From positions 62,001 to 126,000 of the forward strand of contig CAYXJN010000008.1 in the NCBI GenBank assembly GCA_964464605.1: 64,000 nucleotides of DNA, in the 5' to 3' direction. A program made the position numbers and the translations under genes. The DNA comes from an uncultured Ignavibacteriales bacterium. Its GTDB lineage: Bacteria > Zixibacteria > MSB-5A5 > GN15 > FEB-12. Below, one piece after another: positions 10,488 to 20,926 of the stretch. Position 1 is the first letter of the stretch. Each line of letters starts with the position of its first letter. The notes beneath the pieces were generated by a model that worked only from the letters and a program-made list of their open reading frames with translations, ran no database searches and was not told the origin of the DNA.

Positions 10488-11879
10488 TTATTGTGAAAAT
10501 AATTTACGGAAACCGCTTAACTTCTGTTCGGTTTCTTCCCATTCGACGGCAGCGACTGACCCTGACACGATTCCGCTTCCGGCAAACAAGCGCGCCATGT
10601 TTCCCTGCACCAAAGCCGATCGTATCGCGACAATAAATTCCGCGCTATCATGGCTAACCCATCCGACCGGCCCGGCGTACCAGCCGCGATCGTATGATTC
10701 ATGATGCGCTAAAAATGTCAGCGCATCAGGCACCGGAAACCCGGCGACGGCAGGGGTGGGGTGCAGAGCGGAAAGAATATCTCCATCGGTTGCGCTCGCT
10801 TGCAATTGTCCGGTGAATGAAGTTACCAAGTGCTGCAATCTTCCTAATTTCAGAATTTGCGGTTTTGACGGTATAGTAACCTGCGAGCAAAGCTGCTGCA
10901 ATTTTTCGGCGATATGTACGCTCACTAACTGTTGCTCCCGCTGTTCTTTTTCAGAGGTCAGCAGTTCCTGCGCCAGTCGATTGTCTTCTGTTTCGGTTGT
11001 TCCGCGCACCCGCGTTCCGGCAACTGCTTCGGTTTGGATCATGCGCCCATCCCGGCGATACAACCGCTCCGGAGAGTGACCGAGAAAATAAGAATGCGCA
11101 TCCGGTGAGAGTAGAAAAGAGACTCCCTGTCCGGATTGCGAAGCAACTCGCGATAAGAGCGTCGTCGGATCAACCGGTGTTACACAATTGATTATCTGCT
11201 GGCGGGACAGCACGACTTTTTTGAGCGAGCTGTTGATGAATCGGGCAAGCGCAAGCTCGACTTGCGATTCCCATTCGGAGCGGATCGGGCGCTCGCTGAT
11301 TTCATCGACAAAAATTGGTTCATTAGTTGCTTCGGTTTCGGCTATTCGCAATTGATTAAGTTGCGTACGTATCTGTTCGGCGGAATCATCGGTTTTGACC
11401 GTTAAAACCAATTCAAGCTGTTTTGCCGTTCGCTGTAATTCAAAACGGGGGATAAAAAAGAAACAGCGGCCGAACTGGTTCCATTCGGTTGAGCCGGGAG
11501 TTGCATTGTCAAAGCGGAAGCCGCCGTAAAAACGAAGCTGTGGTTCGGACGCGCTTAGTTTTCCACAGAGTTCATTCATGACCTGCTGAATATCAGCGTT
11601 GTCATGGTGCGCGATATGTTCCACAGCGCCAACACCGGCGGTCAAGAATTGTTTGTCGCGTGATTCCCAGAACAACGAGGGGGTAATGGTCTGTGCCGCC
11701 AACCAGGCTAAGGGATTGATAGTGGTAAGCGGAATACGAAGCTGATGAAACTTTCCTGCTATACCGGAAACCGCGGCAAGGTAATCTTCGATATTTTCAT
11801 TAATCAGCGAAACGGCACCGGCAAGCGAAATCGGTTCCTGAACAGATATGGTATGATCAAGAACGGTTTTAGAATTCAT
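10488..11879 (-). CDS. menF: Isochorismate synthase
   Basis: KVVLSR, SPERLY, TEAVAGT, LHPTPAVAG, RGWYAG, FAGSGIV. Start reset to ATG 11879, which overlaps the upstream stop (TAATG). Confidence 0.92.
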   Translation of the reverse strand: MNSKTVLDHTISVQEPISLAGAVSLINENIEDYLAAVSGIAGKFHQLRIPLTTINPLAWLAAQTITPSLFWESRDKQFLTAGVGAVEHIAHHDNADIQQVMNELCGKLSASEPQLRFYGGFRFDNATPGSTEWNQFGRCFFFIPRFELQRTAKQLELVLTVKTDDSAEQIRTQLNQLRIAETEATNEPIFVDEISERPIRSEWESQVELALARFINSSLKKVVLSRQQIINCVTPVDPTTLLSRVASQSGQGVSFLLSPDAHSYFLGHSPERLYRRDGRMIQTEAVAGTRVRGTTETEDNRLAQELLTSEKEQREQQLVSVHIAEKLQQLCSQVTIPSKPQILKLGRLQHLVTSFTGQLQASATDGDILSALHPTPAVAGFPVPDALTFLAHHESYDRGWYAGPVGWVSHDSAEFIVAIRSALVQGNMARLFAGSGIVSGSVAAVEWEETEQKLSGFRKLFSQ

Positions 11880-12634
11880 TACGCTTTCGTTGCCTCGTAA
11901 ATAGTCGCAATGCCGAAGGTCATCGGGTGTGGGGTAACAGTCGTAAATCCGGCTTTCCGCATCAACTGGCAAAACGACTCTCCATACGGAAAACTTTCAA
12001 CTGTTCTGTTCAAATAGCTATAAGCAGCTTTATCACCAGAAATAATGCCGCCGATGAGTGGAAGTATATTACGAAAATAAAACAGATATCCCGCGCGGAT
12101 CAGTGCGTTTGACGGTAAAGAAAACTCGAGTATCAGGCATTTTCCATTTGGTTTTGTTACACGATACATCTCGCTGAGCGCAACAGAAACATTCTGCACG
12201 TTGCGGATTCCGAAAGCGATAGTGACGGCATCGAAGAAGTCATTGCTGAACTGCAGCCGGGTGGCATCTCCGTGCTCAAGTTTGAGTGTCGAATCCATCT
12301 GCTTTTCATGAATTTTATCCCGTCCGATTACTAACATCTGCTCGGCGGTATCGACTCCGATTCCATTTTCTATTTTGTTGGTGCTGTTTGCCAGCGTAAT
12401 GAGCACGTCGCCGGTTCCGGTGGCGACATCCAAAACAGATTGGTTCGGTGTGTCGTTCAAATACCGGCTCAACCGCTTACGCCACACCTGATCCTGTCCG
12501 AAAGAGAGCAGCCGGTTCAGAATGTCATACCGTTTTGCGATCCGGTTGAACATCGCCGCGACGGTGCTGTTTTCTTTGGAAATTTCCACTGGAGCGGTTG
12601 CGGTGTTGGCTTTTGTCATGTCCTCATTTTCCAT
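11879..12634 (-). CDS. menG: Demethylmenaquinone methyltransferase (UbiE/MenG)
   Basis: MFNRIAKRYDILN, LDVATGTGD, AFGIRNV, AYSYLNRTVESFP. Confidence 0.95.
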   Translation of the reverse strand: MENEDMTKANTATAPVEISKENSTVAAMFNRIAKRYDILNRLLSFGQDQVWRKRLSRYLNDTPNQSVLDVATGTGDVLITLANSTNKIENGIGVDTAEQMLVIGRDKIHEKQMDSTLKLEHGDATRLQFSNDFFDAVTIAFGIRNVQNVSVALSEMYRVTKPNGKCLILEFSLPSNALIRAGYLFYFRNILPLIGGIISGDKAAYSYLNRTVESFPYGESFCQLMRKAGFTTVTPHPMTFGIATIYEATKA

Positions 12635-12820
12635 ACGGAGTCAATTTGCGACGTCTCATACTATAATTGATACGATCGCCGCGCTAACATAGAGGAAAAA
12701 TTTCACATCCACAAGCTCTCCCCGCCAAGAAATCGGCGTTAAAAAACCGATGTCCCCCTTGCGCTTACGGCTGTCGGGATGTACTTTGTCACTAACCAAG
12801 GAGGGATGTTAGCTCCGCAT

Positions 12821-13756
12821 ATGAAATACCGAAGAATCGGCCGCTCGGGTCTTAAAATATCTGAGATATCGTTAGGTGGATGGCTGACGTTTGGCCGGAC
12901 GCTCGATAAAAGCACTAGCGATGCAATCACCCGCAAGGCGCTTGAATTGGGAATCAACTTTTTTGATTTCGCGGATGTGTATGCCAAAGGTCAGGCGGAA
13001 CTTGCTTTTGGGGAAGGGATCAAAGGATTGCGCCGTTCTGATTTGGTAATTTCAAGCAAAGTGTTCTGGCCGATGTCGGAAAACCCGAATGATGCCGGTT
13101 TGAGCAGGAAACATATTATGGAATCGGTCGAAGGTTCATTGCGCAGGATGGGCATTGACTATCTCGATATTTATTTCTGCCACCGCCATGACCCGGAAAC
13201 TGAAGTGGACGAAGTCGTGCGGGCGATGGATGATCTGATTCATCAGGGGAAAGTGTTGTACTGGGGAACATCGGTGTGGGAAGCAGATCAGATTGAAAGA
13301 GCGATGAGTGAAGCTATTTACTATCGTGCCTATGGTCCAATCGTTGAACAGCCCCGTTACAACATGCTTGATCGGCATATCGAAGAAAGTATCCTGCCGA
13401 CCTGCGAACGGCATGGTATTGGTTTCACTGTCTGGTCACCGCTTGCTGAAGGGTTATTGACCGGAAAATATTCCAAAGGGATTCCGGAAGGAAGCCGCGG
13501 CGCAAACTCTCCTGATTTCGAGCAGCGGCTCACGAAGGAAAATCTTTCCAAGATTGCCGAATTGCAGCGGCTCGCCGACAAGAACGGATTGAAATTGTCG
13601 CAGATGGCCTTGGCCTGGGTGTTGCGATTATCTGCAATTTCCGCGGCAATTACCGGCGCGACAAGTGTAAAACAATTGGAGGAGAACGTAGCGGCATCAG
13701 AGGTGACCCTTTCATCTGATTTACTTGAAGCCATTGATACGATTGTAAATAAATAG
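12821..13756 (+). CDS. Aldo/keto reductase (Kv-beta-like)
   Basis: YRRIGRSGLKISEISLG, FDFADVY, GLSRKHIMES, WSPLAEGLLTGKY. Start uncertain (12806 or 12821). Confidence 0.9.
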   Translation: MKYRRIGRSGLKISEISLGGWLTFGRTLDKSTSDAITRKALELGINFFDFADVYAKGQAELAFGEGIKGLRRSDLVISSKVFWPMSENPNDAGLSRKHIMESVEGSLRRMGIDYLDIYFCHRHDPETEVDEVVRAMDDLIHQGKVLYWGTSVWEADQIERAMSEAIYYRAYGPIVEQPRYNMLDRHIEESILPTCERHGIGFTVWSPLAEGLLTGKYSKGIPEGSRGANSPDFEQRLTKENLSKIAELQRLADKNGLKLSQMALAWVLRLSAISAAITGATSVKQLEENVAASEVTLSSDLLEAIDTIVNK

Positions 13757-13773
13757 GTCTTAGAGGAGTAAAG

Positions 13774-14280
13774 ATGTATACGACCATTGAAGAATTTGCC
13801 AAGGATTGGGAGCATGAGTCTCAATCAACTCAGAAACTGCTGGACCAATTCACTGATGCCTCATTATCGCAGGCAATCGCACCGAACCATCGCACGCTGG
13901 GAAGAATCGCCTGGCATATCGCTACAACGATTCCGGAAATGATGAATCAGGTAGGCGCCGGTATTACCAAGCTCGACAAAGATGCACCGGTTCCGAGTTC
14001 GGCCGATGCTATCAAGCGCGGGTATGCGGCTGCGTCCAAAGAGCTGCTTGATAATGTAAAAAAGAATTGGAACAATGAAACGCTGAAACAGGTGGATACG
14101 TTGTACGGCAGCGAGAAATGGGAAAAGGGAAGAACACTGCGGATATTGGTAATTCATCAGGTGCATCATCGCGGACAATTGACGGTGCTGATGCGCCAGG
14201 CCGGACTCACAGTTCCCGGTGTGTATGGTCCTTCGTTTGAAGAGTGGACAACCTACGGAATGAATCCGCCTGCTATTTAA
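13774..14280 (+). CDS. DinB family protein
   Basis: RTLGRIAWHI, HQVHHRGQLTVLMRQAG..VPGVYGP. Confidence 0.88.
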   Translation: MYTTIEEFAKDWEHESQSTQKLLDQFTDASLSQAIAPNHRTLGRIAWHIATTIPEMMNQVGAGITKLDKDAPVPSSADAIKRGYAAASKELLDNVKKNWNNETLKQVDTLYGSEKWEKGRTLRILVIHQVHHRGQLTVLMRQAGLTVPGVYGPSFEEWTTYGMNPPAI

Positions 14281-14289
14281 GGATTAGTT

Positions 14290-15369
14290 ATGAAGGCACT
14301 CGATCGCAATTCATTGTCGATGGCGATTTTTTTGGGATTGCTGGCCGGTACGCTGTATCTGTCATACCAGATTGTCATTCCTTTTTTGGTGCCGATCGCC
14401 TGGGCGACTGTTTTGGTCGTTATGTTCTACCCCTTGTATGAGAAGATTCAATCACGCCTGAAACGTCCCTGGTTAAGTTCACTGGTACTTTGTGTCATCG
14501 CTTTTTTCCTGATCATCCTGCCGCTTTTCTTTTTGGGTTTGAGTTTGGTTCAGGAGTCGATCCGCTATTCAGAGATAGCATCCGAATGGTACAGAAGCGG
14601 CGCGATGGATAAGTTCCTTGATCCTTTCAATGATCGGTTGATAGAAACAAAAACAGCGTTGGAACAGACATTCGGTATAACGCTGCCGACGCCGGAAGAA
14701 GCGATCAAGCAGTTTGCGATTAAGGCTTCCACGGTTATCTGGGGACAGACCGCGAGCATTATCGGGGTAGTAGCTATGACAGTTATCAATTTCTTCACTA
14801 TGCTTTTCACCATGTTTTTCTTTTTCACCGATGGACCAAAAATTGTCGATGCTATCAAACGCATAACGCCGCTCACCCGGCCGCTTACCGATAATCTTTT
14901 CAATGAATTGAAGTCGACCATTTATGCCAGTATGTATGGCGGGGTGGTTGTCGCTGCAATTCAGGGTCTGGTTGGCGGTATATTGTTTTTAATCGTCGGG
15001 CTTCCCGGCGCGCTATTGTGGGGTTCGGTGATGGGATTCATGTCGATTATTCCGATTATCGGCGCAGTACCGGTCTACGGCACGGCGGGAATTATTCTGC
15101 TGTTGAGCGGTTCAGTCGGAAAGGGTGTCGCAGTGCTGTTAGTAGGCGGATTGGTTATAAGCCAGATCGATAATTTCCTGCGCCCGGCCTTGATGGCGAA
15201 ACGAACCAGCATGCATTCACTGCTGTTATTCTTTGCCATTGCCGGCGGAGTAGGAGTTTTCGGGTTAATGGGTATCGTAGTCGGACCGCTGGTTGCGGCA
15301 GTGCTTTTGGCGCTTGTGAAAATTATCGAAATGAAGCTGGCTGAGATAAAAGAGGAAAAAGGCGCGTAG
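14290..15369 (+). CDS. AI-2E (PerM) family transporter
   Basis: Multi-TM; FFFFTDG, VAAIQG, IDNFLRP, FGLMGIVVGP. Confidence 0.88.
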   Translation: MKALDRNSLSMAIFLGLLAGTLYLSYQIVIPFLVPIAWATVLVVMFYPLYEKIQSRLKRPWLSSLVLCVIAFFLIILPLFFLGLSLVQESIRYSEIASEWYRSGAMDKFLDPFNDRLIETKTALEQTFGITLPTPEEAIKQFAIKASTVIWGQTASIIGVVAMTVINFFTMLFTMFFFFTDGPKIVDAIKRITPLTRPLTDNLFNELKSTIYASMYGGVVVAAIQGLVGGILFLIVGLPGALLWGSVMGFMSIIPIIGAVPVYGTAGIILLLSGSVGKGVAVLLVGGLVISQIDNFLRPALMAKRTSMHSLLLFFAIAGGVGVFGLMGIVVGPLVAAVLLALVKIIEMKLAEIKEEKGA

Positions 15370-15428
15370 TTGTCTTTTTCAATTATTTCTGTATACTCTC
15401 CTGTACACAAGTTGGTAGAAGGAATTTC

Positions 15429-16487
15429 ATGAACGGAAAACGGATACTTGTCACCGGCGGCGCCGGATATTTAGGCTATCATCTCGCCCAAAATTTGCCG
15501 AAACGGGGAGCAGCCTTTATTGCCCTCAATGATATTGCCCCTTTCTTTGTCGATGAATACCCGAAGGACGCGCTTTTGGTCAAACAGGATGTGCGCGACC
15601 CGGAGGGGATGTACAAATTAATCAAAGATAACCGTATCGATATAGTAATCCACTGCGCGGCGGCGCTTCCATTGTGGGCGAAAGAAGAAATTTACTCGAC
15701 CAATATTCAGGGGGTGCGCAATACGCTGGAACAGGCGCGCAAAGCGAATGTCGACCGGGTGGTGTTTATTTCATCGACGGCTGTGTACGGTGTTCCGGAA
15801 AAACATCCGCTCGTGGAAGCTGATCCGATGGTTGGCGTAGGCGCATACGGTGAAAGCAAAATTAAAGGGGAAGAGATCTGCGCGGAGTTTCGCGCACAGG
15901 GAATGTGCGTTCCGGTTATTCGCCCGAAAACATTTATCGGAACGGCACGTTTGGGCGTATTTCAGATTTTGTATGATTGGGTGGATTCCGGCAAACGAAT
16001 CCCGATTATCGGTAAGGGTGACAACCTGTATCAGTTGCTTGAAGTAACCGATTTGGTGGAAGCGATTGTTTTGGCGGCATCTGCGCCGCGTGAAGTAGCC
16101 AATGACATTTTCAATGTCGGTGCGCAAAGGTTCCAGAAAGTAAAGCAGGATGTCGGTTCTCTTTGTAATTTTGCCGGAACGGGTGCTCGTGTTATGCCGA
16201 CACCGGCGCCGCTAGTTAAGGGTGCGTTGGCTGTTTTTGAGTTTATGAAAATCTCGCCGCTCTATAAATGGATTTACGGTACGGCCGATAAAGATTCATT
16301 TGTTTCGACTGAAAAAATCGAAACCAAACTTGGCTGGAAATCGAAATTCTCAAATGAAGATGCGCTTATTTCATCGCATAAATGGTATCTGGAACACAAA
16401 GATGAACTCCAGCATCTCAAGTCCGGTGTCACCCACCGTGTTGGCTGGAACCAGGGTGTGTTGAAGATATTTAAGAAGTTTATGTAA
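15429..16487 (+). CDS. NAD-dependent epimerase/dehydratase (extended SDR)
   Basis: TGGAGYLG, SSTAVYG, YGESK. Confidence 0.88.
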   Translation: MNGKRILVTGGAGYLGYHLAQNLPKRGAAFIALNDIAPFFVDEYPKDALLVKQDVRDPEGMYKLIKDNRIDIVIHCAAALPLWAKEEIYSTNIQGVRNTLEQARKANVDRVVFISSTAVYGVPEKHPLVEADPMVGVGAYGESKIKGEEICAEFRAQGMCVPVIRPKTFIGTARLGVFQILYDWVDSGKRIPIIGKGDNLYQLLEVTDLVEAIVLAASAPREVANDIFNVGAQRFQKVKQDVGSLCNFAGTGARVMPTPAPLVKGALAVFEFMKISPLYKWIYGTADKDSFVSTEKIETKLGWKSKFSNEDALISSHKWYLEHKDELQHLKSGVTHRVGWNQGVLKIFKKFM

Positions 16488-16516
16488 TTAAGTTTGAATG
16501 AAGTAGGGGAGACAAA

Positions 16517-17008
16517 GTGTATTCGATAGACGAGCATGATAAAGTAATTGAGTTAAAAGAGTTTCCATTTTGGCCTACAGGAAATCCAATGCCTACGGTA
16601 GTCGTTGATGAACGTTCAACCTTTCTTTGTTATGTAGTTAACGAACTTTATAATCCGAATTTTCTTAAGCTTGACACTGAAATTATTTCTACTTCTGAAG
16701 AAAGCGAACGGTTTGCCATTATATACTTTAATGACTGTGCGGATTTCAAGCTGGGCTATCCGAATGATGAGGGGCTTGATGATCATCCTCTCTATGGGCG
16801 TGGTTTGACCTTCTATGCAGCTCACGAGGTAGTTAACTCTTCCTGGATTCGCCAGGTAGGTTTCTCGTTGGCCAACTACCACCATTATATTTTAACTTTT
16901 AAGGACTCAACGTTTGAGTGTATAGCAACTGGGTTCGAAGTTAAGAAGATTGTTCAAGCAAGTCGAAGCGTGGCAATGGAACAACTGGGCAAACTACTTG
17001 GTGAGTAA
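16517..17008 (+). CDS. Conserved hypothetical protein
   Basis: GYPNDE...HPLYGRGL..Y...EV.NSSWI...FKDSTFEC pattern; GGGGAG RBS; AT-richer than neighbours. Confidence 0.65.
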   Translation: MYSIDEHDKVIELKEFPFWPTGNPMPTVVVDERSTFLCYVVNELYNPNFLKLDTEIISTSEESERFAIIYFNDCADFKLGYPNDEGLDDHPLYGRGLTFYAAHEVVNSSWIRQVGFSLANYHHYILTFKDSTFECIATGFEVKKIVQASRSVAMEQLGKLLGE

Positions 17009-17010
17009 TG

Positions 17011-17583
17011 TCACTCCACCACCGACTCGATTCTCCTGTCCGGAATAACCCACATCAGGGCAACAAATATATAAATCCCAAGTGAAACCCAGTGATTGAT
17101 AAAGCCTGAAGAAATTGCAACGACGTAGAGGGCGGTCGATATTTTCCCTTTCCAATCTTTTCCAACTGCCTGATGTAGCTTTGAATGGGGGCCATGATGC
17201 TTTTGTATTGAGCGCGATAATAAAAAGTAGGCGATGGAGGCAAAGAATAATACACATCCATACACAACGGTCGGCAGCGGGTCAAAATGATTTTCCCCCA
17301 TCCAGCCGGTAGTAAACGGTATCAATGACAACCAGAACAGCAGATGCATATTTGCCCATAAAATTTTGCCGTTTACTCGTTCAGTTGCATGCAGCATATG
17401 ATGATGATTGTTCCAATAAATAGCGATATACAGAAAACTTAATACATACGATAGAAAAACAGGAGCCAAGCCGCTCAGGTCACTCCAATTAGGGCCGTGT
17501 GGCACTTTTAACTCAAGTACCATGATCGTGATGATGATCGCGAGAACGCCATCGCTGAATGCTTCAAGTCTCGTTTTGGTCAT
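17011..17583 (-). CDS. TMEM175-family potassium channel (DUF1211)
   Basis: RLEAFSDGVLAIIITIMVLEL, YWNNHHH, SLIPF. Confidence 0.9.
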   Translation of the reverse strand: MTKTRLEAFSDGVLAIIITIMVLELKVPHGPNWSDLSGLAPVFLSYVLSFLYIAIYWNNHHHMLHATERVNGKILWANMHLLFWLSLIPFTTGWMGENHFDPLPTVVYGCVLFFASIAYFLLSRSIQKHHGPHSKLHQAVGKDWKGKISTALYVVAISSGFINHWVSLGIYIFVALMWVIPDRRIESVVE

Positions 17584-17614
17584 GCGGAAAATATACGGCT
17601 GCTGCCGGGTTACT

Positions 17615-19666
17615 TCAAGGTTTTGTTGGTTCGGGAACGTTTGTCACCAGATGGTTCTTAGATTGTGCCGTTACCGGTATCGGTTTTCGCATCTGAAAAT
17701 ATCCGGTTTGATAAACAGCACGCGCTTTATGGGAAAGATTGTCTGCAAGTTCAGGCTCGGTGTCGGCATAGTTGGTGGTGATATCCGGCAAATGGTATAA
17801 TGATCGTTTTTGATCCAGTAATTCTTCTATCAGGTAGTTGTTGTCTTCAACAAATGAGAGTGTGCGCCATTCGGAGCAAAGCGCAAAACGGTTGGTAACG
17901 GTTGAATCCAAAAGATCGCGTCCAAATGTGTAATTGTCCCAATTCAGTCGAAGTTGCCCCATAACTGTCGCTACTATATCCACCTGACTGCCCAATGTGC
18001 TTAGCCGCTGCGGTTCAGGTTTCTCATTTCCGATCCAATACAACAATAGCGGTATTTGATATTGATTCAAATCCATGGCAAGTTTCGGTTTCCATGGCGC
18101 GCCGTTGTCAGCCGTTACGACTACAAGCGTATTATCAAAAGCGGAATCTGCTTCCAAGGCCCGAATAAATCGTCCCAGCGCCCAGTCGGAATATTTGAAT
18201 GCATTCAGCGGTTTCGCATCTTTTACCGAGTCAGGCACATGCTCAAAAGGAGCATCCGGAATAGTCCAGGGGCCATGAAATGAGCAGGTAAGAAGGGTGG
18301 CAAACAGCGGCTTACTTGATGTCTGCGGCCGCATGAGTTCAATTGCCCGGTCGAACATGACATGATCCGGTACACCGAATATCGTAAGCTGCTGTTGCGG
18401 ATCGCAATCGAACAGCGAGCGAACTTCATCGATGCCGTTATCCATCAAAAATCCGTGCATATTATCAAAGTGCGGGTCTTGCGGACACATGAAGAACGTG
18501 TGGTAGCCATTCGCTTTGAGAATCTGGGGTAAGCCTGAATGATGAAAATATCCCGGAACGGAATACAATACCAAATTCCCGAACCCGGGAGAAAACCCAT
18601 ATAATGTAGAAAATAGTCCGGCATATGTGTGCATGCCGGTCGAATAGATGTTGGTAAATAAAGTACCCTGATTCGCCAGTGAATCGAATTGAGGGGAGAT
18701 ATTTTGCCCGGTTTGGTTATTTAAAACACCGATATGACTGCTGCCGAATGATTCCATGATAATCACGATAACATTCGGCGGGTTTTGATTGGGATTATCA
18801 AAACGTATGAGGGTATGCATCCGCTTGATCGTATCGCGTATTTCTTCCGGTCGGCTTAATATCTCTTTCGTAATTTCCTCGGCTTCGGGGAAATGTACTT
18901 TTTGCATCATGTCTTCAACCCGTTTCCGGCTTCCGGCATCATAAAATACATCCCTTAGGAATGTATACACCGGATTCAGCGCGAGCTGGTTGGCGTAATT
19001 GTATTCTGAAAAGTAGGCAACCCCCCATCGCAGAGGAGACATTTTTTCAACCCGGCCGCGGGCACCAAGACCGAAAGTCAGCAACAAGATAGGAATCCAT
19101 AGCAGGTTTACCCACCAGCGGGAAGGCTGCTGGTTAACGAGCACATTTCTACCGAGCAAGCGCAGACAAACGGTGAAGGCAAAGAGTACGATTCCGTACA
19201 GCAGTAAGTAGCGGATGACCGGATATGTTTCCCAGAGCATCGATAACATGGTTCCGGCATTGTTTTGCCACAACAGCGCGGTTCCGTTTAAGCGCGCATT
19301 AAAAAAATTGAAAAATTCAATGTCGGCGAGATGTGCAAAGAAACTAAGCGCGGCAACGATAACAATAAGCAGAATAACGCATGAGCGGATCGTTTTGTTA
19401 CGGACAATATCAATCCCCGGCAACAGGCTGATGGCAACAAACGGAAGCATCAGATAACTCACTACGGCAAAATCGAACCGCAACCCTTCAATAAAGGATT
19501 GTGCCAGAATCGTCATCGGTACATGCGCGGCTAAATCATACGTAACCAGTAAACAGACAATTCGCCAAAATTCAAAAAATCCGGTCAGCAGAAGCGCAAC
19601 GGTAACGAGAAAAAATACTGCAGGCGGAAGCAAACTCAGGCGAATCGGTGTCTGTTTATCGGGCAT
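17615..19666 (-). CDS. LTA synthase / sulfatase-like membrane phosphoglycerol transferase
   Basis: 5 N-terminal TMs with GLRFD; NVIVIIMES, catalytic-type Thr (GMHT), HGP, YSDWALG. Confidence 0.85.
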   Translation of the reverse strand: MPDKQTPIRLSLLPPAVFFLVTVALLLTGFFEFWRIVCLLVTYDLAAHVPMTILAQSFIEGLRFDFAVVSYLMLPFVAISLLPGIDIVRNKTIRSCVILLIVIVAALSFFAHLADIEFFNFFNARLNGTALLWQNNAGTMLSMLWETYPVIRYLLLYGIVLFAFTVCLRLLGRNVLVNQQPSRWWVNLLWIPILLLTFGLGARGRVEKMSPLRWGVAYFSEYNYANQLALNPVYTFLRDVFYDAGSRKRVEDMMQKVHFPEAEEITKEILSRPEEIRDTIKRMHTLIRFDNPNQNPPNVIVIIMESFGSSHIGVLNNQTGQNISPQFDSLANQGTLFTNIYSTGMHTYAGLFSTLYGFSPGFGNLVLYSVPGYFHHSGLPQILKANGYHTFFMCPQDPHFDNMHGFLMDNGIDEVRSLFDCDPQQQLTIFGVPDHVMFDRAIELMRPQTSSKPLFATLLTCSFHGPWTIPDAPFEHVPDSVKDAKPLNAFKYSDWALGRFIRALEADSAFDNTLVVVTADNGAPWKPKLAMDLNQYQIPLLLYWIGNEKPEPQRLSTLGSQVDIVATVMGQLRLNWDNYTFGRDLLDSTVTNRFALCSEWRTLSFVEDNNYLIEELLDQKRSLYHLPDITTNYADTEPELADNLSHKARAVYQTGYFQMRKPIPVTAQSKNHLVTNVPEPTKP

Positions 19667-19790
19667 AGAACGGCCAATCTATGGTAAACAAACCGGGGAA
19701 TAAAGGATATTCTCGCATCCTTCAATCTTGACGAACTCATTGTGACCGTTCATACTTTACCCAAAATGATACTCAGATAAAGGAATCCCC

Positions 19791-20144
19791 ATGCTATTTG
19801 TGGTGATCGGATTATTGGCAGGAGTTTTAGCCGGTATGTTCGGTATCGGCGGCGGAATTATAATTGTACCCGCGCTCACCCTGCTTGCCGGAATGACGTT
19901 TACCAATGCGACCGGCACTTCGCTCGCAGCGCTTTTGCTGCCGGTCGGTATCTTGGGAGTGCTTCAATACTATAAAAACAACCAGGTTAACGTGAACGGA
20001 GCGGCGCTAATAGCACTTGGGTTGATTGGCGGTATCTGGCTCGGGTCTATTTTAGCCACGAAGCTGCCGGCAAAGGATCTGCAGCGTCTTTTTGCGCTCT
20101 TTTTGGTTGTAGTAGCGGTCCGGCTCTGGTTTACCGCCAAATAA
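19791..20144 (+). CDS. Half-size TauE/SafE (sulfite exporter) family protein
   Basis: GVLAGMFGIGGGIIIVP, ATGTSLAALL; about 4 TMs. Confidence 0.85.
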   Translation: MLFVVIGLLAGVLAGMFGIGGGIIIVPALTLLAGMTFTNATGTSLAALLLPVGILGVLQYYKNNQVNVNGAALIALGLIGGIWLGSILATKLPAKDLQRLFALFLVVVAVRLWFTAK

Positions 20145-20149
20145 GGTGC

Positions 20150-20926
20150 TTATTCCAAAGCGGTGTTGGTTGCTTTGCTGCGATGCCATTGCTGAACGGA
20201 GCGGATGGCCTCCAGAACTTTCATGAATTCGTCGTGGCAGTTAACCAGATATTGCGAAAATGAAATTCCGGCCGCATGAAAAACCGGTGCATGGTCGAGC
20301 CAGACAACAAGAATAGCACCATAATATAGTGGGACATGAAAAAGGGTGGCGGCAAGGTCACGAAGCGGCCATCGGTCGCGACGAATAATCGCGAGTCGCT
20401 CGGTTTGAAACCGGATATGGTAATACTCATCTTTGAGAATCTGCTCACACAGAACAGCAAGGACTTTTGACTTTGTCGCTTTCCCTAACGCTTTGTAATA
20501 CACTAATGCAATTGTTTCAGCTACTAAAAGTGTCATAATCATAATTTCGATTGATGCAGCGATACGTCTGACCCGGCGAAACACCCAATCTGAGTATGTC
20601 GAGGCAATTCGCGGAATGTTGTTAATATCCATGAAATGTCCTAAGTCGCGGGAGTGGCGCTGCTCTTCGGCGATAAACAGTTTCACCGCTTCTGCATAAT
20701 CAAGGTCGTTGTAGCGCTCGGCATAGCGCTGGGATGCTAAAATCAGATGCCATCCATCAGACCCTTCGCCAAGCTGAAACTTTTGGATTGAGCTGGTGAT
20801 CGCCTGTTTTTCAACGGGGGTGAGTTCATGCCCCAATTCCCACGGGATAGATAGCAATTGCTGTAAGTTTTTGGAAAAATACTGATTCCACCACTGCGAG
20901 CGCTGGACGGCCCACGTTACCGGCAT
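20150..20926 (-). CDS. Ferritin-like (diiron) domain protein
   Basis: FQLGE, EEQRH, AE...YY, DEYYH (two ExxH). Start reset to ATG 20926 behind an AGGAG RBS. Confidence 0.8.
   Translation of the reverse strand: MPVTWAVQRSQWWNQYFSKNLQQLLSIPWELGHELTPVEKQAITSSIQKFQLGEGSDGWHLILASQRYAERYNDLDYAEAVKLFIAEEQRHSRDLGHFMDINNIPRIASTYSDWVFRRVRRIAASIEIMIMTLLVAETIALVYYKALGKATKSKVLAVLCEQILKDEYYHIRFQTERLAIIRRDRWPLRDLAATLFHVPLYYGAILVVWLDHAPVFHAAGISFSQYLVNCHDEFMKVLEAIRSVQQWHRSKATNTALE

Noticed and set aside
11880..11972. N-terminal extension of menF (similar extensions listed for PaaI, the ABC ATPase, DUF2892 and the WYL gene)
   Set aside because: Overlaps neighbouring genes or promoters; downstream ATGs with coupling or RBS fit better.
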